Shown here one piece after another: positions 60,615 to 64,000 of a stretch of DNA of 64,000 nt. The position numbers and the translations under genes were made by a program. The DNA comes from Macrostomum lignano (taxonomy: Eukaryota). Location: the NCBI GenBank assembly GCA_002269645.1, contig NIVC01003181.1, positions 49,653 through 113,652 of the forward strand. Direction: 5' to 3'. The notes beneath the pieces were generated by a model. It had not been told where the DNA came from, made no database searches, and saw only the letters and a program-made list of their open reading frames with translations. Each line of letters begins with the position of its first letter. Positions within the stretch are counted from its first letter, which is position 1.

Positions 60615-63600
60615 TTATTTAATGCTGAACAAACCGCCTTGCAGCGGGGGTTTCAATAATTGGCTGATGGTCGAAATCCGATAGAACTCTCGGTAAGTTG
60701 CGTTTGAATAGTCGCTGAAAGTTGTGGGTTACTTTATAAGTGCTGGATCCAGCAACCCACCCTCTATGATCCAGCAACCCACCCTCTATGATCCAGCAAC
60801 CCACCCTCTATGATTCAGGAATCCACCCTCTGTGATTCAGGAACACAGCATGCATTCTAGATCTTCTAGGATCTAGGTAATACTTAGGATTCACAATGTA
60901 CACATTGCTCTTGACACACTAAGAGCATATGCACCCGAATAGCAAGTAGCTCACTTGTCAGAGTAATCCGCCTGGTTTTTGTGGGTCTTGCGGAACAAAT
61001 TTGCTAGCTTGAAGGCCAAAACCAGACAGGGCAGCATACAGATTAGGCACAGTCCCATGCCGGCCCAGAAACCGTTCAATGGCCGAAGAAGTTTCACGCA
61101 GGGTCCATCAATCAGACTCTTCAACTTCTGGTGCAGTTCAGCGCAGTTTGCCGCGGCACCGACCACCAGCTCGATTGTGTCCTGTAAAATTTGTCCATTG
61201 TCAAATGGAGTCTAATCATCTAATGGGGTGGTGGGTGCAATGGGGTGGTGGGTGCAATGGGTGGTGGGTGCAATGGGTCGATGGGTGCAATGGGGTGGTG
61301 GGGCATTGGGTTGGTGGGTGCAATGGGGTGATGGGTGCAATGGGGTGGTGGGTGCAATGGGGTGATGGGTGCAATGGGGTGGTGGGTGCAATGGGGTGGT
61401 GGGTGCAATGGGGTGGTGGGTGCAATGGGGTGATGGGTGCAATGGGGTGGTGGGTGCAATGGGGTGGTGGGTGCAATGGGGTGGTGGGTGCAATGGGGTG
61501 ATGGGTGCAATGGGGTGGTGGGTGCAATGGGGTGATGGGTGCAATGGGGTGGTGGGTGCAATGGGGTGATGGGTGCAATGGGGTGGTGGGTGCAATGGGG
61601 TGATGGGTGCAATGGGGTGGTGGGTGCAATGGGGTGGTTGGTGCAATTGGGTTGAAGCCTTGAAGGGATGTATCCTAGGGACTTTGTTTTAACGAGATGA
61701 AATTCGGATAAAATGGCTTTTACCTGAACTTTAAACCCAAGCTGTGCAGTTAGATTAGCCATAGCCACTTTAATCGCAATCTCGATGTTGTACAAGGTGT
61801 GCACAGAGTTATGTGCATCGCGCAGTCTATTCGTGATTTCTGACACAGTTGCGTTAAGCTGACGGAGCGAGGTGCGCAGCCCGTCCAGGCTCATAAACTG
61901 CGACTGCTGCAACATCTCCGCCTGGCGCATGTTCAAGTTCAGGTAGTTGAACAGGGCCACAAATCTGGATAGAGATGAAGGGGTTGGTGGTAATTACGGA
62001 CTAATCGGCCTCACGGCCCTAGAACCCTTCATTGCCTCAGCACCCTCACTCCCCTAGCAACCTCACTCCCCCAGCACCCTTCATTGCCCAGCACCCCTCA
62101 TTGCCCCACCATCCTCACACCGCCAGCACCCTCATTGCCCCAGTATCCCTCATTGCCCCAGCACCCTCACTCCCCGGCACCCTTCATTGCCCCAGCACCT
62201 CTCATTGCCCCAGCACAACTCATTGCCCAGCACCCCTCATTGCCCCAGCACTCTCACTACCCCAGCACCCTTCATTGCCCCAGCACCCCTCATTGCCCCA
62301 CCATCCTCACACCGCCAGCACCCTCATTGCCCCAGTATCCCTCATTGCCCCAGCACCCTCACTCCCCCGGCACCCTTCATTGCCCAGCACCTCTCATTGC
62401 CCCAGCACAACTCATTGCCCCAGCACCCCTCATTGCCCCAGCACTCTCACTACCCCAGCACCCTTCATTGCCCCAGCACCCCTCATTGCCCAGCACTCTC
62501 ACTACCCCAGCACCCTTCATTGCCCAGCACCCCTCATTGCCCCAGCACAACTCATTGCCCCAGCACCCCTCATTGCCCCAGCACCCCTCATTGCCCCAGC
62601 ACCCCTCATTGCCCCAGCACCCCTCATTGCCCCAGCACCCCTCATTGCCCAGTACCTCATTGCCTCAGCACCCCTCATTGCCCCAGCACCCCTCATTGCC
62701 CCAGCACCCCTCATTGCCCCAGCACCCCTCATTGCCCCAGTACCTCATTGCCTCAGCACTGCTCCAATTCCGCTTACCTGGCCTTGTCGGTGGCCTTAGA
62801 AGCCGTGATAGAGATATTTTGAATCGCAGCAAACACAGACTCGGAGCCTTCAATCAGGGCTTGTGCAACTCGTTCAGGAAGGGTATCAGTGGCTGAGCAG
62901 CCGCAGCCGCAGACACGGATTCGGCGTGGGTGAAATTGAGATCTAAAGCCACCTTGGCAACTAGATCGGAACGCCGTTTCATCAGCAGGTCATTGCTTTC
63001 ATTAACGAAACCGTACACTCTTTGAGAAATGTGCCTTCCTTGAACCAGATTCTGAATGTTTAATGCAGCCGTGATGGACTCGTTGCCTTTGCTGCAGCCC
63101 TCAAGGAGGCCGCTGACCAGATTTAACGAATAGACGGACAGGTCAGGCGAAGAGAATCGCATAAACTGGTTGAGGTCGGAGTCCAGCTCCTTGTAGCCGC
63201 TGGCGCCCGCCCGACCAGTGAGGTAGCGACAGACCTCAGTGTCTGCGAGATGAGGGAGAGCGGAGTTTTGCCATTTACAATCCATTCGTTAGTCCCAATT
63301 CACATTCAAGTGACTATTACGTCCACTTTCAGGCCCTGCATATTTAAATGCCTTTACAGATTCTTAAATATCCAAGATAACCACACAGATTGCCACCCAG
63401 ATCCTCACCCAAATCCACACCAGATCCCACCAAATCCACACCCAGATCCCCACCCAAATCCATACCCAGATCCCACCCAGATCCCACCCAGATTCCCATC
63501 CAGATCCTACTCAGATTCCCACCCAGATCCCACTCAGATCCCCACCAGATCCCACCCAGATTCCCATCCAGATCCTACTCAGATCCCACCCAGATCCCCA

Positions 63601-64000
63601 CCCAGATCCAGATCCCCACCCAGATCCCACCCAGATCCCCACCTAGATCCCACCGAGATCCCACCCAGATCCCCACCCAGATCCCCACCCACATCCCCAT
63701 CCACATCCCCACTCAGATTCCAAACCCAAATCCCCACCAGATCCACCCGAGCTGCCCAGACTCACCGCTGACCCCCCAGACAGGAACAGGGCCAAGTGAC
63801 AATGAACAGCAGGGCGTAGCTGATGAAGCGATGACGAGGCCTACAGTGAGGCAGTCGGCGCCAACTCCTTTGTTGCAGCAGCGGGCGTCCTCGTAAGGCG
63901 GCTCGCCGCACAGACCGTACATGACGCCGAGTACCAGAGCACGATGACCACTGAGGCCAGACTGGCGATGGCTATGAATGATCCGTAGCGAATCAGGTCG
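60615..64000 (-). CDS. PROM1: Prominin family pentaspan membrane glycoprotein, 3' half; gene continues off the right edge; several apparent 1-nt deletions
   Basis: Exons 63766-64000, 62778-63242, 61724-61964, 60955-61181 and a tentative last exon 60615-60714. GLCGEPPYEDARCCNKGVGADCL (Cys-rich loop between TM3 and TM4) and C..L...ID.PCVKLLRPLNGFWAGMGLCLICMLPCLVLAFKLANLFRK (TM5) are characteristic of prominins. Orthology to PROM1 versus PROM2 cannot be assigned. Confidence 0.85.
60745..60850. repeat. 22-bp repeat x4-5 (atccagcaacccaccctctatg) in a prominin intron
   Basis: Direct reading. Confidence 0.85.
61215..61650. repeat. 17-bp minisatellite (gggtgcaatggggtggt) in a prominin intron
   Basis: Direct reading. 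Confidence 0.93.
62030..62760. repeat. 18-bp minisatellite (cattgccccagcacccct) in a prominin intron
   Basis: Direct reading. Confidence 0.92.
63390..63750. repeat. ~11-12-bp degenerate repeat (cccagatccca) in a prominin intron
   Basis: Direct reading. Confidence 0.88.

Overview
Eukaryotic (metazoan, invertebrate-type) genomic DNA with GC-rich exons and introns filled with micro- and minisatellites. The style resembles the flatworm Macrostomum lignano, but that is unverified. I traced seven protein-coding genes by hand through their splice junctions: VPS33A (-, 5' part), PSMD6/Rpn7 (+), synergin-gamma (+), a secreted five-domain Kazal/follistatin agrin-like protein (-), an orphan histone H1 (+), a 23-exon Cav alpha2delta subunit (+) and the 3' half of a prominin (-). 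Non-coding highlights: (1) a 12.6-kb 22-bp satellite carrying six copies of one 376-bp fold-back MITE at the same target site; (2) a CpG-depleted domain around PSMD6 intron 1 holding a mariner relic with CpG and CpA/TpG-to-TpA decay; (3) inverted, partly nested intronic repeat arrays that bracket exons of the alpha2delta and prominin genes. Several single-base deletions in short homopolymers break otherwise intact genes and are probably long-read consensus errors. No rRNA, tRNA or CRISPR array was found.
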